Source of the DNA: a virus
Lineage: Duplodnaviria; Caudoviricetes
Direction: 5' to 3' (one strand)
Length of the DNA: 43,305 bases
Virus record (IMG/VR): IMGVR_UViG_3300030376_006694
Location: 1 to 43,305 of that record
Of this stretch, positions 26,701 to 37,300 are shown piece by piece. The stretch's first letter is position 1; each line of letters starts with the position of its first letter. The notes beneath the pieces are model-generated. The model was given only the letters and a program-made list of their open reading frames with translations. It searched no databases and had not been told where the DNA came from. A program made the translations under genes and the position numbers.

Positions 26701-28741
26701 AACATTCAACGAAGAGACTGCATATATAAACTTTTCAATAAAAGAAGCGTCTATTAATGGTGGTTGGAATCATGCAACCGCAGGAAGTAAGCGTATATCA
26801 AAAGCAAATATATATTACACTAAAATGCTAGAAGAGGGTGAGTTTGGAGAATCTCCTCAAGTTTTATTAGGAGAATTAGATTTAAATAAAGGATTTAAAG
26901 TCTCTGGAGAATCAGAATATAACCAGTATCAAGGTGTAAATCCAGGGACATATGTATCTAAAGATTTAGTTATTCCAGTCACAGATGGAAGATTAGGAAC
27001 TGGCGCTAGTGGTGATGGAGATATTATTAGTAATGATGGAGATATTAATTTTGGAACATTTTCTGCTTATACTCCAGTTGCAAATGATAAAGTTAGAGTA
27101 AAAACAACAACGAAACAATTTTCTGATGATACTTTTTCTAGAGACTTTACAGTCAAAGAAATAATAACTGACAATGGTTCTACTAATGATACACTTACTG
27201 TTTATGACCCAGGGGATACAATAGATGATGCATCTACTGCAGATGAAGCTATTACAGTTTCTAAGATTCTTGATTACGAATTTCAGTATAACATAAGTGA
27301 GGGCGTAAAATCTTCCTCTTTGGTTGACTTTTCATCTATAAATGACATTCCCGTAGAAACACCTCCTGCTGTTGAATTATATGATTCTGTAGCCTTATAT
27401 TCTGATAAAAATATTGACTATAATAATGCTAAGTTTAAAGCGTATGCATTTAACGATAATTACATGTATATAGGTAATGTTCTACAAAATGGAGTAGTAC
27501 ATGGTGATAGAATATTAAAATCATTGCCAGGAAGAATGGATTTATTCCCTGAAGATAATTTTATAGTAGTAACAGAAAATGATGGGGATGAAATAGTAGC
27601 TCTTCAAGCCTTTAATGATAGATTGTTAGAATTTAAGAATAAAGTATTAAATGTTATAAATGTTTCTGGTAGTACTGAGTATTTAGAAGCTAGTTTTAAA
27701 CATATGGGTATTAAAGGTCATAATGCTGTATGCAAATCAAATCTAGGGGTTGTTTTTGCAAATGATAATGGAATGTATATATATACTGGAGAAGGAGAAC
27801 CTGCTAATCTAACAGCTAAAATATCATCATCTGACTGGACTACATTTGTAGATGGTCACTCGAATAAGCTGGCTTGTTTCTATGTTCCAGAACAAGAGCA
27901 AGTAGGAGTAGTTAATGGATATAAGCAGAGCGCATACTACCAAGATGTTTATTTATTTGACCTAAAAACAAAATCAATAACTAAAGGGCAAAGCATACTT
28001 GACTTAGAAAGAAACTACTCAAACTTTATGTATGACGACGTTAATAATAAGTGTATATGGATTAATCAAGATTTTGCTTCAAGCCTATCTTTGACCTATA
28101 CCAATACATTTGACAATACTTTAACAGACAATACTGTTACTCATTCAGCTATTAGTGCCGATGTTGGTTCTAGGAATATAGATACAAATGGTCTAGATGC
28201 GTTATATGATGGAGAAGCTGCAAACGTTGATACAAATGGGTCCCATGGATTTCTAGATGGATTATATGTAGATATAAACGATAATAATGCTGATAATGCT
28301 CACGATGGAACCTATAAAGTATTCAAAAGAGATGCTGATAAGTTTTTTATTCCAGCAAAAAGTGCAGAAATAGATAGAGAGGGAACTGTAATTCTTTCCA
28401 CTAGTCCTCAAGGCGTTCATTTAGAAACAAAGCATTTAGACTTTGGAAGCCCTAATGTACGGAAAAAAATACATAGCATTGCGATATCTCACAAAGGCTC
28501 TGGTGGAACTTTAGAGCTTCAGTATGAAATTACTAATGATTCAGGGACATCAGATTGGACAGATGCGGGAACATTGACTGATTATGATAATTATCAAAGA
28601 CAAGTATTCTCTATATCTTCAAACAATATATATACTATAGGGTTTAGGATTGTTGCCGATGGAACTTCCGCTGTTTCAGTCCCGTATGATTTCTCTATCA
28701 ATGATATGGGGATAGTATATAGGGCAAAGAATGTCAAATAG
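23711..28741 (+). CDS. Tail nozzle/tubular protein (P22 gp10/T7 gp12-like) with large inserted beta domains
   Basis: N-terminal DFSGGLN; propeller-like NDGDEIVAL...RLLEFK; C-terminal TKHLDFGSPNVRKKI. Confidence 0.7.
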   Translation: MPKSIYDLKDFSGGLNTRIDKRDIPDTDFANTLGFSFDTPGIIKMMDRSKRHKYDGSTFVPQLGDNNYKLEEGYGAAFVSWDKAAQWVVLRTGESQDVSGLNNTYYLSNNTDSGGDWDTDDTFFVLKVISVNNSAVAGNKTITCYVIKPGNSTTSLHTAFSQQATVSLKKSTSIDGTSASTGIDITSTEGTEILNNPSFTSTANWTLGGTSGTNAWGITGNDLVLTANTGLVSGNPHYIYQPSSSMATSSELEAGGLYTLKITFDASANLSAGKSFDVLFGSFQPCATINQSDISSIDGEDVVYKTIKAGSAVQILGLLFATTDGTMGATAEITEISLKRFAVSWGSSDNWTNDTINDSSIFLYNSYDESIDQFNYTTKAWHQVMKESTTDANTLEPLILLDDDSSATVEIKPIMYAVDGALRVVDTNFKTQNDALSAARKPCESKWIGYISRKYFNDESVYTKWHATHMDIKAPTDGYIYEDNHPLNSTQLADGFINMKVNKRKPNDQITTWESCEDSDGWYAGKSNKQNFNFNFPISRQAFDVSYPDYPVPLNQDGTERNAVMGLAGRSINQAKFIFQYHSGTDGTSNPSEAFDKAIDLSSSGSSSISFDLFIHPDALANLRTDNFAMSVWIGNLGDYPASLGAEFDETFDGDFDDSTVAAIKFEFNKEDLTEGWGTYSVDANRFDKVIGSFDAKNVKDFVLYLYPKYQSFGTFGDILNLPAIGDASSDDNLALNVPTLRFKGSAGDAINRYREFTNDVILGLITKNVHIVKLEWNEEDSYCLDNFVMDISAESSSSDGGMAHYTNHYDGTNGVISGIKQNDDSTTITGSALNNHFQVGDLIMFFLHDNAYDNASSILDISSSDNENKYEFATITEVDTSGNTLRVSVGHNDGDLLTHQMTNADVALTISDAVDSKNRFVVLRKTADGSGNKPIKNLPYAISNIRYGKKSSGEWNGKYKFFYSWVYDDNQESKLFEFKMPANDYNITSATDTNEITFNEETAYINFSIKEASINGGWNHATAGSKRISKANIYYTKMLEEGEFGESPQVLLGELDLNKGFKVSGESEYNQYQGVNPGTYVSKDLVIPVTDGRLGTGASGDGDIISNDGDINFGTFSAYTPVANDKVRVKTTTKQFSDDTFSRDFTVKEIITDNGSTNDTLTVYDPGDTIDDASTADEAITVSKILDYEFQYNISEGVKSSSLVDFSSINDIPVETPPAVELYDSVALYSDKNIDYNNAKFKAYAFNDNYMYIGNVLQNGVVHGDRILKSLPGRMDLFPEDNFIVVTENDGDEIVALQAFNDRLLEFKNKVLNVINVSGSTEYLEASFKHMGIKGHNAVCKSNLGVVFANDNGMYIYTGEGEPANLTAKISSSDWTTFVDGHSNKLACFYVPEQEQVGVVNGYKQSAYYQDVYLFDLKTKSITKGQSILDLERNYSNFMYDDVNNKCIWINQDFASSLSLTYTNTFDNTLTDNTVTHSAISADVGSRNIDTNGLDALYDGEAANVDTNGSHGFLDGLYVDINDNNADNAHDGTYKVFKRDADKFFIPAKSAEIDREGTVILSTSPQGVHLETKHLDFGSPNVRKKIHSIAISHKGSGGTLELQYEITNDSGTSDWTDAGTLTDYDNYQRQVFSISSNNIYTIGFRIVADGTSAVSVPYDFSINDMGIVYRAKNVK

Positions 28742-30530
28742 AAAGATAGATAGGTTATCGCACCTTAAATCAGATACCTCTCAAATAAAAAAGGGATTCC
28801 CTTCAAAGGAAGAGGGAGTAGAAGGCAATATAGAGCTTAGACATATTCCTGGCTATGGATTAGCCATTTTCGCATTTTCTGCGGGAAACTGGCACGTATC
28901 TAAGATGGAGCTTCAAAAGGTATCTAAAAGCAACAAAAAACTTGTTGTTGATGAAGTTAAAGTTAAAAAGGTATTAGACTTAGACAATAATGAAATTAGA
29001 AATTTAAATCCAGATAAAGTAAGAGGTGCGGAAAAATGGAATGATGCACATAAAAATCTTACTAGTGGTAAATATAAAGCTAAATTCGAAAGCGTGCAGC
29101 TTGGTGATGCTAGAGTTTCTATAGACAAAGACAATGTCATATCATTTTCTAATGTAAATGATGGAAACGACGTTGAGATAAAAACAAGAAGAGTAAGGTT
29201 TGATAAAACCGAATCGGAAAGTAGTCCGTCTATAGATGTAGCAGAAGGAGATTTGCATTACGACTCTTCAACTAAAGCTGTATATGCATCTAGTGGTGGA
29301 TTATGGGCTAATGCTGCCAGCAATTTTAACAGTGGCCAGACAAGTCAATTACTATTAATGGCAAAACATGCAGATTCAATTGTAAAATTTGCCGACAATG
29401 TCAATGTAAAATGGGTAGCAGGATATGACAAGCATGGAGCTACTACATTTACAGATGCAACATGTGATACTACTTCAGGAAATACAACTATAACATTTGA
29501 TGGGAGTGGAACAGCCGATTCTAGTGCTGTTGTAGGCATGCTTGTTTCAGGTACTGGAATCCCTACAGGCTCTGTTGTTAGTACAAAATCATCGGGTTCA
29601 ATGACAATTTCAGAACCTGCAACGGCCACTAACACAAATACCACATTAACATTTGCAGAGAACGACGGAAGATTTAAAATAAATACGGGTGCTAATTTAG
29701 CAGACCCAAGTTTGTTTGAGTTAGATACAAGTGGTAATTTAGAAATTGCAGGAACTCTTGATATAAAAGGAGCCTCAGCCAATCTTGGAGCTAATTCTTA
29801 TATGACTCTTGCTGAAAATGAAATTGATGTTTCTAGCGGAAATTTATTACTAGATGTAGCTGGGCAGATTACATTAGATTCTTTCGGAAAGATTATAAAT
29901 TTAGATGCTAATGGAACCACTTTGATGCAGTTTGATTTAAACAATACTATATTCAAGATAATGCATTCATCTGATACAGGAGATTATTTTCAAATAAATG
30001 TAAATTCGCAGGGAGCTACCACTATATCTACTCTTGATGACTCTGCCTCAAATGCACATTTGACTATAAATGCAGATGGACATGTTGAATTTGATGATTG
30101 CGCTGTAGGATTTGACAAATTCGTAGCAACATTTAGCACATCAAATATAATAGGGGATGGAAATGATTCAACTGATATTGATTTTAGACGTGGGAACAAA
30201 TATGAATTAGAATTGACCAATAATATTAGTGGTTCAAGTGAATTTATAAACCTTATATTTCCAGCTACTTCTGGTAATTTTTTATTAGTTTTATCTCAAG
30301 ATAATACTGGTACTAGAACTGTAGCAAGCACAGGTTGGGTAGTCTATCAATCCGATGGGGCTACTAAGGCTGTAAATGCAGCTTTTGCAAATGGAACAGA
30401 TGGCGAAGTTAGATGGGCGGGAGGTTCTGCCCCTACTTTAACCACAACTGCAGATAAAGCTGATATAATTTCTTTTTATTGGGATGCTGATAATGAAACA
30501 TGTTTTGCAACTATATCCCAAAATTTCTAA
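28731..30530 (+). CDS. Tail fibre/spike protein
   Basis: Beta-rich; VGMLVSGTGIPTG and QDNTGTRTV...WAGGSAPTLTTTADKADIISF fibre motifs. Confidence 0.75.
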   Translation: MSNRKIDRLSHLKSDTSQIKKGFPSKEEGVEGNIELRHIPGYGLAIFAFSAGNWHVSKMELQKVSKSNKKLVVDEVKVKKVLDLDNNEIRNLNPDKVRGAEKWNDAHKNLTSGKYKAKFESVQLGDARVSIDKDNVISFSNVNDGNDVEIKTRRVRFDKTESESSPSIDVAEGDLHYDSSTKAVYASSGGLWANAASNFNSGQTSQLLLMAKHADSIVKFADNVNVKWVAGYDKHGATTFTDATCDTTSGNTTITFDGSGTADSSAVVGMLVSGTGIPTGSVVSTKSSGSMTISEPATATNTNTTLTFAENDGRFKINTGANLADPSLFELDTSGNLEIAGTLDIKGASANLGANSYMTLAENEIDVSSGNLLLDVAGQITLDSFGKIINLDANGTTLMQFDLNNTIFKIMHSSDTGDYFQINVNSQGATTISTLDDSASNAHLTINADGHVEFDDCAVGFDKFVATFSTSNIIGDGNDSTDIDFRRGNKYELELTNNISGSSEFINLIFPATSGNFLLVLSQDNTGTRTVASTGWVVYQSDGATKAVNAAFANGTDGEVRWAGGSAPTLTTTADKADIISFYWDADNETCFATISQNF

Positions 30531-31081
30531 TGTCATTCAAAGATAATATATTAGAATTTAGTGATAATCAAATATTTGATACTTCTGTAGCTATAGAAGT
30601 AATGATGGATTGGGAGGCTCCTATTATGGAGAAGTGTGCTGAATATATCTGTCATAATAAAGGAGATGTGCTTGAAATAGGATTCGGAATGGGAATATGT
30701 GCTGATTATATACAATCGCAAGGAGTAAATAGTCATACAATAATAGAGCTACATCCACAGATTTTAGAGAAGTTAAATGCATGGGCTAGTGGTAAGTCTA
30801 ATGTAACAATAATTGAGGGAGATTGGGCCGATTTAAGCCTTACAGGTACATATGATGGTATCTTTCTAGATACATTTGGAGATGATAGTCTAGATAGTTT
30901 TAAAACATTTGCATTAAATAGAATTAAATCAGGTGGTAAAATTACATACTGGAATGAGCACTCATCTGAGGTAAACACTTATTCATTTGATTCTATATCG
31001 CATGAACAGATACCTGTTACTCCAGAAGCCAATTATTATTTTAATGATACCACTTATTATATGCCGAAAGTAATAGCTTAA
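30530..31081 (+). CDS. Class I SAM-dependent methyltransferase, Rmt2/GAMT-like
   Basis: VMMDWEAPIM, VLEIGFGMGI, HTIIELHP, GDW and YDGIFLDT; ATG at 30530 in a TAATG overlap. Confidence 0.8.
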   Translation: MSFKDNILEFSDNQIFDTSVAIEVMMDWEAPIMEKCAEYICHNKGDVLEIGFGMGICADYIQSQGVNSHTIIELHPQILEKLNAWASGKSNVTIIEGDWADLSLTGTYDGIFLDTFGDDSLDSFKTFALNRIKSGGKITYWNEHSSEVNTYSFDSISHEQIPVTPEANYYFNDTTYYMPKVIA

Positions 31082-31749
31082 TGCCAACTGTAGATTTATA
31101 TGGTACAGCTGCTGGAGATGGATATGTATCTCGTTCGTCTTCTACTGCTAGTTGGTCCGATGTAAGAGATAATACTACAGGTACAAGCTCTAATAGCAGT
31201 TCTACACACAATGGATATGCAATAAGGGCTACTGCAGCTTCTGGCAGGGGTGGAGGCACAGTATATAATTGTATAAGAGTATTTATATATATAGACACTT
31301 CCTCAGTAACGACATTACCTGAATCAGGATTATTAAGAATCTTTGGTGCTACTAGTGGAAATGCTGAAGTGATTGCTGTAAAAGCGACTCATGGGACATC
31401 TATTTCTACCGCTGACTTTGATGCTATAGAAGGATGGGACAATTTAGGCGGAAATCACGCAGGTGACGTTACTACATATGCTCCAAAACTTAGTTCTTGG
31501 ACTACATCTGGTTATAATGATTTTACATTAACAAGCGATGCATTAAGTGATATAAAAAATAACGACAATGTGCAAATTTGTTTAATGGATTTTCCGTATG
31601 ATTTAAGGGCAGCAACTCCACAAGCATCTGTAGATGCGAGTAATTACTGTGGATTGTTTTTTGCTGACTATGGAAGTAGTTCTAGAAGACCCTATTTAAA
31701 TTTACAATTTTCTGATTCTGATTCTATATTTTTTGGGACAAATTTTTAA
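31081..31749 (+). CDS. Ser/Thr-rich virion structural protein
   Basis: Beta-rich composition; TAATG-coupled within the tail operon. Confidence 0.6.
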   Translation: MPTVDLYGTAAGDGYVSRSSSTASWSDVRDNTTGTSSNSSSTHNGYAIRATAASGRGGGTVYNCIRVFIYIDTSSVTTLPESGLLRIFGATSGNAEVIAVKATHGTSISTADFDAIEGWDNLGGNHAGDVTTYAPKLSSWTTSGYNDFTLTSDALSDIKNNDNVQICLMDFPYDLRAATPQASVDASNYCGLFFADYGSSSRRPYLNLQFSDSDSIFFGTNF

Positions 31750-31805
31750 ACTATGAATAAAGAAAAATATTCACTAAATTACGTTATTTATTAAGAGGTA
31801 AAACT

Positions 31806-32552
31806 ATGTCATCAATCAAAATATCTGCAAAAGCTTTAACCGCATTATATCCTGATACGAAATTTGCAGGCGTTAAGAGAACAATGGCAAAAGTTTTTAA
31901 TAGGGTGCAAAAAAGCCAAGCAGAAACTAATCTTGCTGTAGATACTATCGAAAAAACATTTCAAACAAAGTTGAAGATTATGAATACTTTGTCTAATGAG
32001 GTGTCGGGGTATAATGATGCAAAAGAAGGTGGGTTTCAAGGTGGTCTCGTTAAATGGATAACAACTTCTCCAGAACTGCAAAAAACATATATAGAAAAAA
32101 AATACGATTCCAATGTTATTATTCCAGAGGTGCAAGAATCTGATAGAATTGAAAGTTTAGGGGGAGATTCAGAAAAAGACGTAATATCAAACCTAGAAGA
32201 CTTTACTAATGATGCAGCAAAATCCCAAGATTTAGATACTGTCATGCAGGATAATAAAGTAGAAATGCAAAATAATTCAGGAAATTTATCTCCCATTAAG
32301 GGCTTTCCTAGTTCAGATGAAGTTCAAATAAACAGACAAATAAACGATGAAACAAATAATAATCCTATAGATTTAGGGACAATGCCTACGATAGATGAAA
32401 TTATAGCTAGTAAAGATAAATCTCAAAAAATAGTAGATAACAGTACGAACGATGATGAAAAAGCAAAAGCACAAAATAATATAAATTGGATAGAAAAGTT
32501 TTATGAGAATGCAATTCCATTTAATGGTACGAAATTAGAGGACTTATATTAA
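31806..32552 (+). CDS. Putative internal virion/ejection protein
   Basis: Position at the start of the ejection cluster; GAGGT RBS. Confidence 0.5.
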   Translation: MSSIKISAKALTALYPDTKFAGVKRTMAKVFNRVQKSQAETNLAVDTIEKTFQTKLKIMNTLSNEVSGYNDAKEGGFQGGLVKWITTSPELQKTYIEKKYDSNVIIPEVQESDRIESLGGDSEKDVISNLEDFTNDAAKSQDLDTVMQDNKVEMQNNSGNLSPIKGFPSSDEVQINRQINDETNNNPIDLGTMPTIDEIIASKDKSQKIVDNSTNDDEKAKAQNNINWIEKFYENAIPFNGTKLEDLY

Positions 32553-33160
32553 TGGCTAATACTAGTGATTTATCTTCAGGTTTATTAGGAGGCCTTTCAG
32601 GGGCTGCAGGCCTTGCCTCTTTAGGTAAAAATGCTTTATTAGGGCCAGCAGGTTTTATAATAGGCGGTATTGCAGGTTTATTAGGCAGTAAATCTAAACG
32701 AGACCAGCAAAACAAGCAGATTAGAGCTCACAATAAGAAAATTGATAAGCAAAAAAAGCTAGTTAAAGGGCAACAAAAAGATGTTGGAAATAAAATGGCT
32801 GGAGTTGGAAACTATTTTGATGCATTAAGTGAATATCAAACCGATATAATAGATAAGAATGAAAAAAATGCATTAGATTCTTTCTTGGCTAGCACTGTAG
32901 GTCAGATTGAAGACTTTGCTGATGTTAGCGCAAGGACAGGTCTTGAGTCTTCCACTATAAATAAAAAAATATCTACTATAAGAGATTTAACTTCCAGTAA
33001 ATCTGAAGATATAAAAGAGTCTACAAGAGCTCAAAAGCAAGCTTTATCATTTGATTTAGCTGGAAAAAGAAGACAAATGGAGCAATCTGGAAGAAATTTA
33101 TGGCAAGATTTGTCCGACCAGTACGATTTATTGGGCGAAGAATATATGTCAGAAGTATAG
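32552..33160 (+). CDS. DNA ejection protein (P22 gp7/T7 gp14-like)
   Basis: Gly/Ala-rich hydrophobic N-terminus followed by coiled coil. Confidence 0.65.
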   Translation: MANTSDLSSGLLGGLSGAAGLASLGKNALLGPAGFIIGGIAGLLGSKSKRDQQNKQIRAHNKKIDKQKKLVKGQQKDVGNKMAGVGNYFDALSEYQTDIIDKNEKNALDSFLASTVGQIEDFADVSARTGLESSTINKKISTIRDLTSSKSEDIKESTRAQKQALSFDLAGKRRQMEQSGRNLWQDLSDQYDLLGEEYMSEV

Positions 33161-33168
33161 GAGTTTAA

Positions 33169-34389
33169 ATGGCGATAAGTGATGATATAAGACAGTTAGT
33201 TAAAAGAGAACAAGACATACAGGGCGTGTTAGGAGTATTAGACACTTATTTATCTAATAAATCTAAAGCACGTCAAGCATTTAAACCAGCTGTAGCTAAA
33301 AAAGTAGATTCTGGAGATTTATATAAATATGATATAGACGGAAAAACAGGATATATTCGAGAAAACGAACTTGATGATTTTACGCAAAAAAATCCTAACG
33401 CAAATATTGGCAAGGTGTCAACTTATAAATCAGACTCGAAAGAAGACCCACAGCCAAGTCTTAAGTGGACATGGAGAAATGAATCTGGGGAAACATTTTA
33501 TGGCTCAGAAGAAGAAGCTATAAATGCTAGAAATACAGGAGAAGCTGTTGTAATAGGAAAAACTACAGTTTTAAAAGATGACGAACAATTTAGACAAAAA
33601 TCAGATACATGGAAAAATCAAACTATAGCATTAATAGAGCAGAATAAAAACAATATGTCCGAAGAGGAATATCAAGCAAATCTCGATAGAGTTAATAATT
33701 CTACAGTATGGACTCAAGCATTACATAAAAATATTAAAGATGAATATTCTAAAGGTTTAGATAGAAATGTAAATGTATATGATACCAAAACAGGTTTATA
33801 TACTAAGATTAGCCAAGGGACATTAAATGAAGATGCTGAAAATAGATATCTTCAAAATAAAAATGAAGATGTAAAAAGAGCTTCTATGAAATTAGATGAC
33901 AAAAAAAAGTCTAATATTGCCAGAGGTAATAGAACTAATAATACTAAATCTTATAAAAGTATAATACAAAATTATACTGATAATAATGGGAATATTATAA
34001 AAGCAACTTTAGAAAAAAATGCATCTAAAGGTGACAAACAGGAACTTTATAGATTGCAAGAAGAAATATTTATAGACAATTTTCTGGTAGGCTCTCCTTA
34101 TTTAGAAAGAGATTCATTTAAATTCTATTCAGGAGACGATGGGCTAGATAATTTAGTTAATGATTTAATTAAAAATTTGCCAGAATATTTTTCTAGTAAA
34201 AAAAGTCGTGGAGAAAATACAGAGTTAGCTTTAAAATTAATAAATCAATCTAGAACTCAGTTTTTACAAGACCCTGAAGGTTATATTAAAAAAAATGGAC
34301 AACTTGTTGTTTTAAATAACGAAATTTTAGGTAATACTGGATTTATTACTACTATGATTAGTGGATTTGATAATCAATTAGGACAATAA
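33169..34389 (+). CDS. Putative ejection protein
   Basis: Hydrophilic helical protein between the gp7-like gene and the large ejection gene. Confidence 0.5.
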   Translation: MAISDDIRQLVKREQDIQGVLGVLDTYLSNKSKARQAFKPAVAKKVDSGDLYKYDIDGKTGYIRENELDDFTQKNPNANIGKVSTYKSDSKEDPQPSLKWTWRNESGETFYGSEEEAINARNTGEAVVIGKTTVLKDDEQFRQKSDTWKNQTIALIEQNKNNMSEEEYQANLDRVNNSTVWTQALHKNIKDEYSKGLDRNVNVYDTKTGLYTKISQGTLNEDAENRYLQNKNEDVKRASMKLDDKKKSNIARGNRTNNTKSYKSIIQNYTDNNGNIIKATLEKNASKGDKQELYRLQEEIFIDNFLVGSPYLERDSFKFYSGDDGLDNLVNDLIKNLPEYFSSKKSRGENTELALKLINQSRTQFLQDPEGYIKKNGQLVVLNNEILGNTGFITTMISGFDNQLGQ

Positions 34390-34391
34390 AA

Positions 34392-37300
34392 ATGGCCAAT
34401 CCTTTTGATGCTTTTAAAGATATTCTTAATGAGGAAACTCCAACTCAATCTCCTCCAGATACATCGTATGTAAAACCTGAACCTCCAGAAGTCCCTATAA
34501 AGGTTAATCCTTTTAGTGCTTTTGAAAATATATTAAAAGACAAAGAGGTTAACGCCTCTACAGAAGCAGAGCAATCTTACGATTTAATTAATACTAATCC
34601 AGACACTTTAATGACAAATGCTTTAGAATCCGTAAAAAGCGGCAATAATAGTATTTTAGAGCAAGATACTATAGAAGATATAGATTTTAAAAAAGCTTCT
34701 GAAAAACAGTATTCTCCGCCCCCTATTGACATTGTAGATTTAACTCCTAAGCCTGTTAAAAAATCTTCTGAAACTAAAATAGAAGACTTTAGAATTGATG
34801 ATTTTACGGATAAACTTGAATCTGTAAGAATAGATACTAAAGAAAAATTAAAAAAATATTATAAAACTAATGATGTAAATGATATGGATGAAGAGCTAAG
34901 AAAACAAATTTCAAGTTCTTTAGGCAAAGATGTTTCTATTGATAGTATGAAAAATGTTATATCTAAGTATGGTGGATATGTAGACAATGAAAAGGAATCT
35001 CTTGATGTAAAAATGACAGTAGATGAAAAAGGGAATCTTAACCCAGTCGTAAAAGAAGTATCTAGAATGAGTGACTTATTAGACCCCAGCTCTGAAGCAA
35101 TGAATCCTCTTCATAAAGCATTTCCTTTAATTACAGGAAAACCTTATGATGAAAATAATCCTGGAGCAGGGGTAACAGAGACACTAGAAAAAGAAGGTTA
35201 TTTAAATGAATCTCAAAAAATGGGGACACCTGCTGGCAAAGCTTATCCTTTATCAGTTTATTTAAAAGCTATTGTACATAGAGCTTTAGGAAGTGACCCT
35301 GAAGCTATGTATGAGCAGCCAGAAGATATTGTTGATACTTATAAGGGGGTTACGGCAAATGCGCTTGCAACTATATTAAATTTACCTTTTATACCTCTTG
35401 AAATGGCGGACCATGTATGGAGAGATGTGCAAGCTTCTGATGACCCTATAAATACAGCGTTAAATTCGACTGGCGAACTAACAGGAGAAGTATTAAAGTA
35501 TTTTGCTCATACGGCTGTAAATGTTTCTTTAGCAATATCTCCTTTTTCTACAGAAGAACAGCAAGCAAAAGGAAGGGCGGCTTTATATGAAGACCCTATG
35601 GGCCCTTTATTTACTATAATGGGTGGATATGGCGGAGTAAAAACAGGTGCTAAGATAAAAAAAGGCTTTAAAGAAGCTCCTGTTAAAGTCCAAACTGCTG
35701 GAAACAATTTAATGGCTGCATATCATTATTATCGTACTGGAACAAAGCCTCCTAAAGAATTACAACCTTTTGTAGATGTTTTAAATACTAACCCTAATGC
35801 TCCTGGAATAGCGCAAAATCTAATTAATGCTTTAGAAGGGGTTAAAGACTTAAAAAAACCTAAAGTAGAACCTAAAATAACTCCTAAAATAACTCCTAAA
35901 ATAACTCCTAAAGTTCCTATTAAAACCAAAACCCCTAAAAAGCTAAAAGAGTCTCAAAAGCCTCTTGAAGAACAAAAAAGTATTTTAGATGAAAAGATTA
36001 CAAAGATTAATAGAAAAAAGGACCTTACAAAATCTGACAAACAGGAATTATATGTATCTAAGATTAAAGAAAGAAATATAAAAAAGAAAATAGAATTTAA
36101 TAAAAAGACTGTAGAAGAAAGAAAGAAGATAATACGTAAACAAGGAAAATTAGAATACGAAATTACTGAAATAAAGAATGCCCTTAAAGAACAAAAAGAG
36201 TTTCTAGAGCCACGAGAAATTACGTCTAAAAAAGAAACAATAACAGAAAAGCTGAAAGAAATAGAACTTCTTAAAAGAGAACTTAAAAAATTAGAACCTA
36301 AAGGAAAAACTACAGAACTTCATGGCGGGTTTGGGCTCGCTAAAAGAGAGATATCAGAATTTACAAATTATATAAAAAATAAAATTAAACAAGGGGATGA
36401 AAATTTAGGGATTATTTACAACTCTTATTTTAATGAAAAAAACAAAAACTTTTCCGAATATGGTCTATTAAACGAAATGGCAAATAAAGTTCTTGTATTT
36501 CGAGACCGAGATGGTAAGTTAGTTGAATCTTTTGCTGCTCCACGCCAACAAAGAAAAACTCCAGAATATAGTAAGTTTTTAGATTTAAGAAATAAATTTA
36601 TTGGCGATGGAATGAAAATAAAACATGAAGTCTCAAATTTAATAGATGTAGTTTCAAGATACGAACAAAAAGACAAAAATATATTAATGGATTACTTAGA
36701 AGGTAAAACTGATATAAGCAATATTAAAGATGTTAAATTGCAAAAAGTAGGAAAAATAGTTAGGCATCGTCTAGATAATTATGGCAAAGAACTTGTTAAT
36801 AAAGGTTTAATATCTAAAGAAGCATATTCTAAACATAAAGGAGAATATTTAGCTAATATATATGAAGCTCATTGGGTTGGAAAATCACCAACTCAAACAG
36901 GAGTTCCTAAAATCAGGCAAGATTATAATAATCATAGAGCTGGAGTGTCAGAAAGTAGAAAACTAGAATTAGGAGAAAGGGTTTCTTTAGAAACTACTAT
37001 ATATGAATCTATTATAAGAGAAAAAAATGATTTACTAACTGTTGAATTTCTCAATCAAATACTAGAAAATCCTAAATGGGCCAAAAAAGAAAGCATTATT
37101 GAAGTGGGTGGTAAAAAATATGGTGAGATAGCTTTAGAAACAGAGTTGGCGAATGTTAATGCTGTAATTAGTAAGAAAAAATCTAATAAGCAGCCTGTAC
37201 CCAAAGAGACTCAACAACATGCTAATAATTTACAAAAAGCTTTAGATGCTCATAAAAAAAAGGTTTCAGAAGCGGAAGTATTATTACAAGAATATAATAC

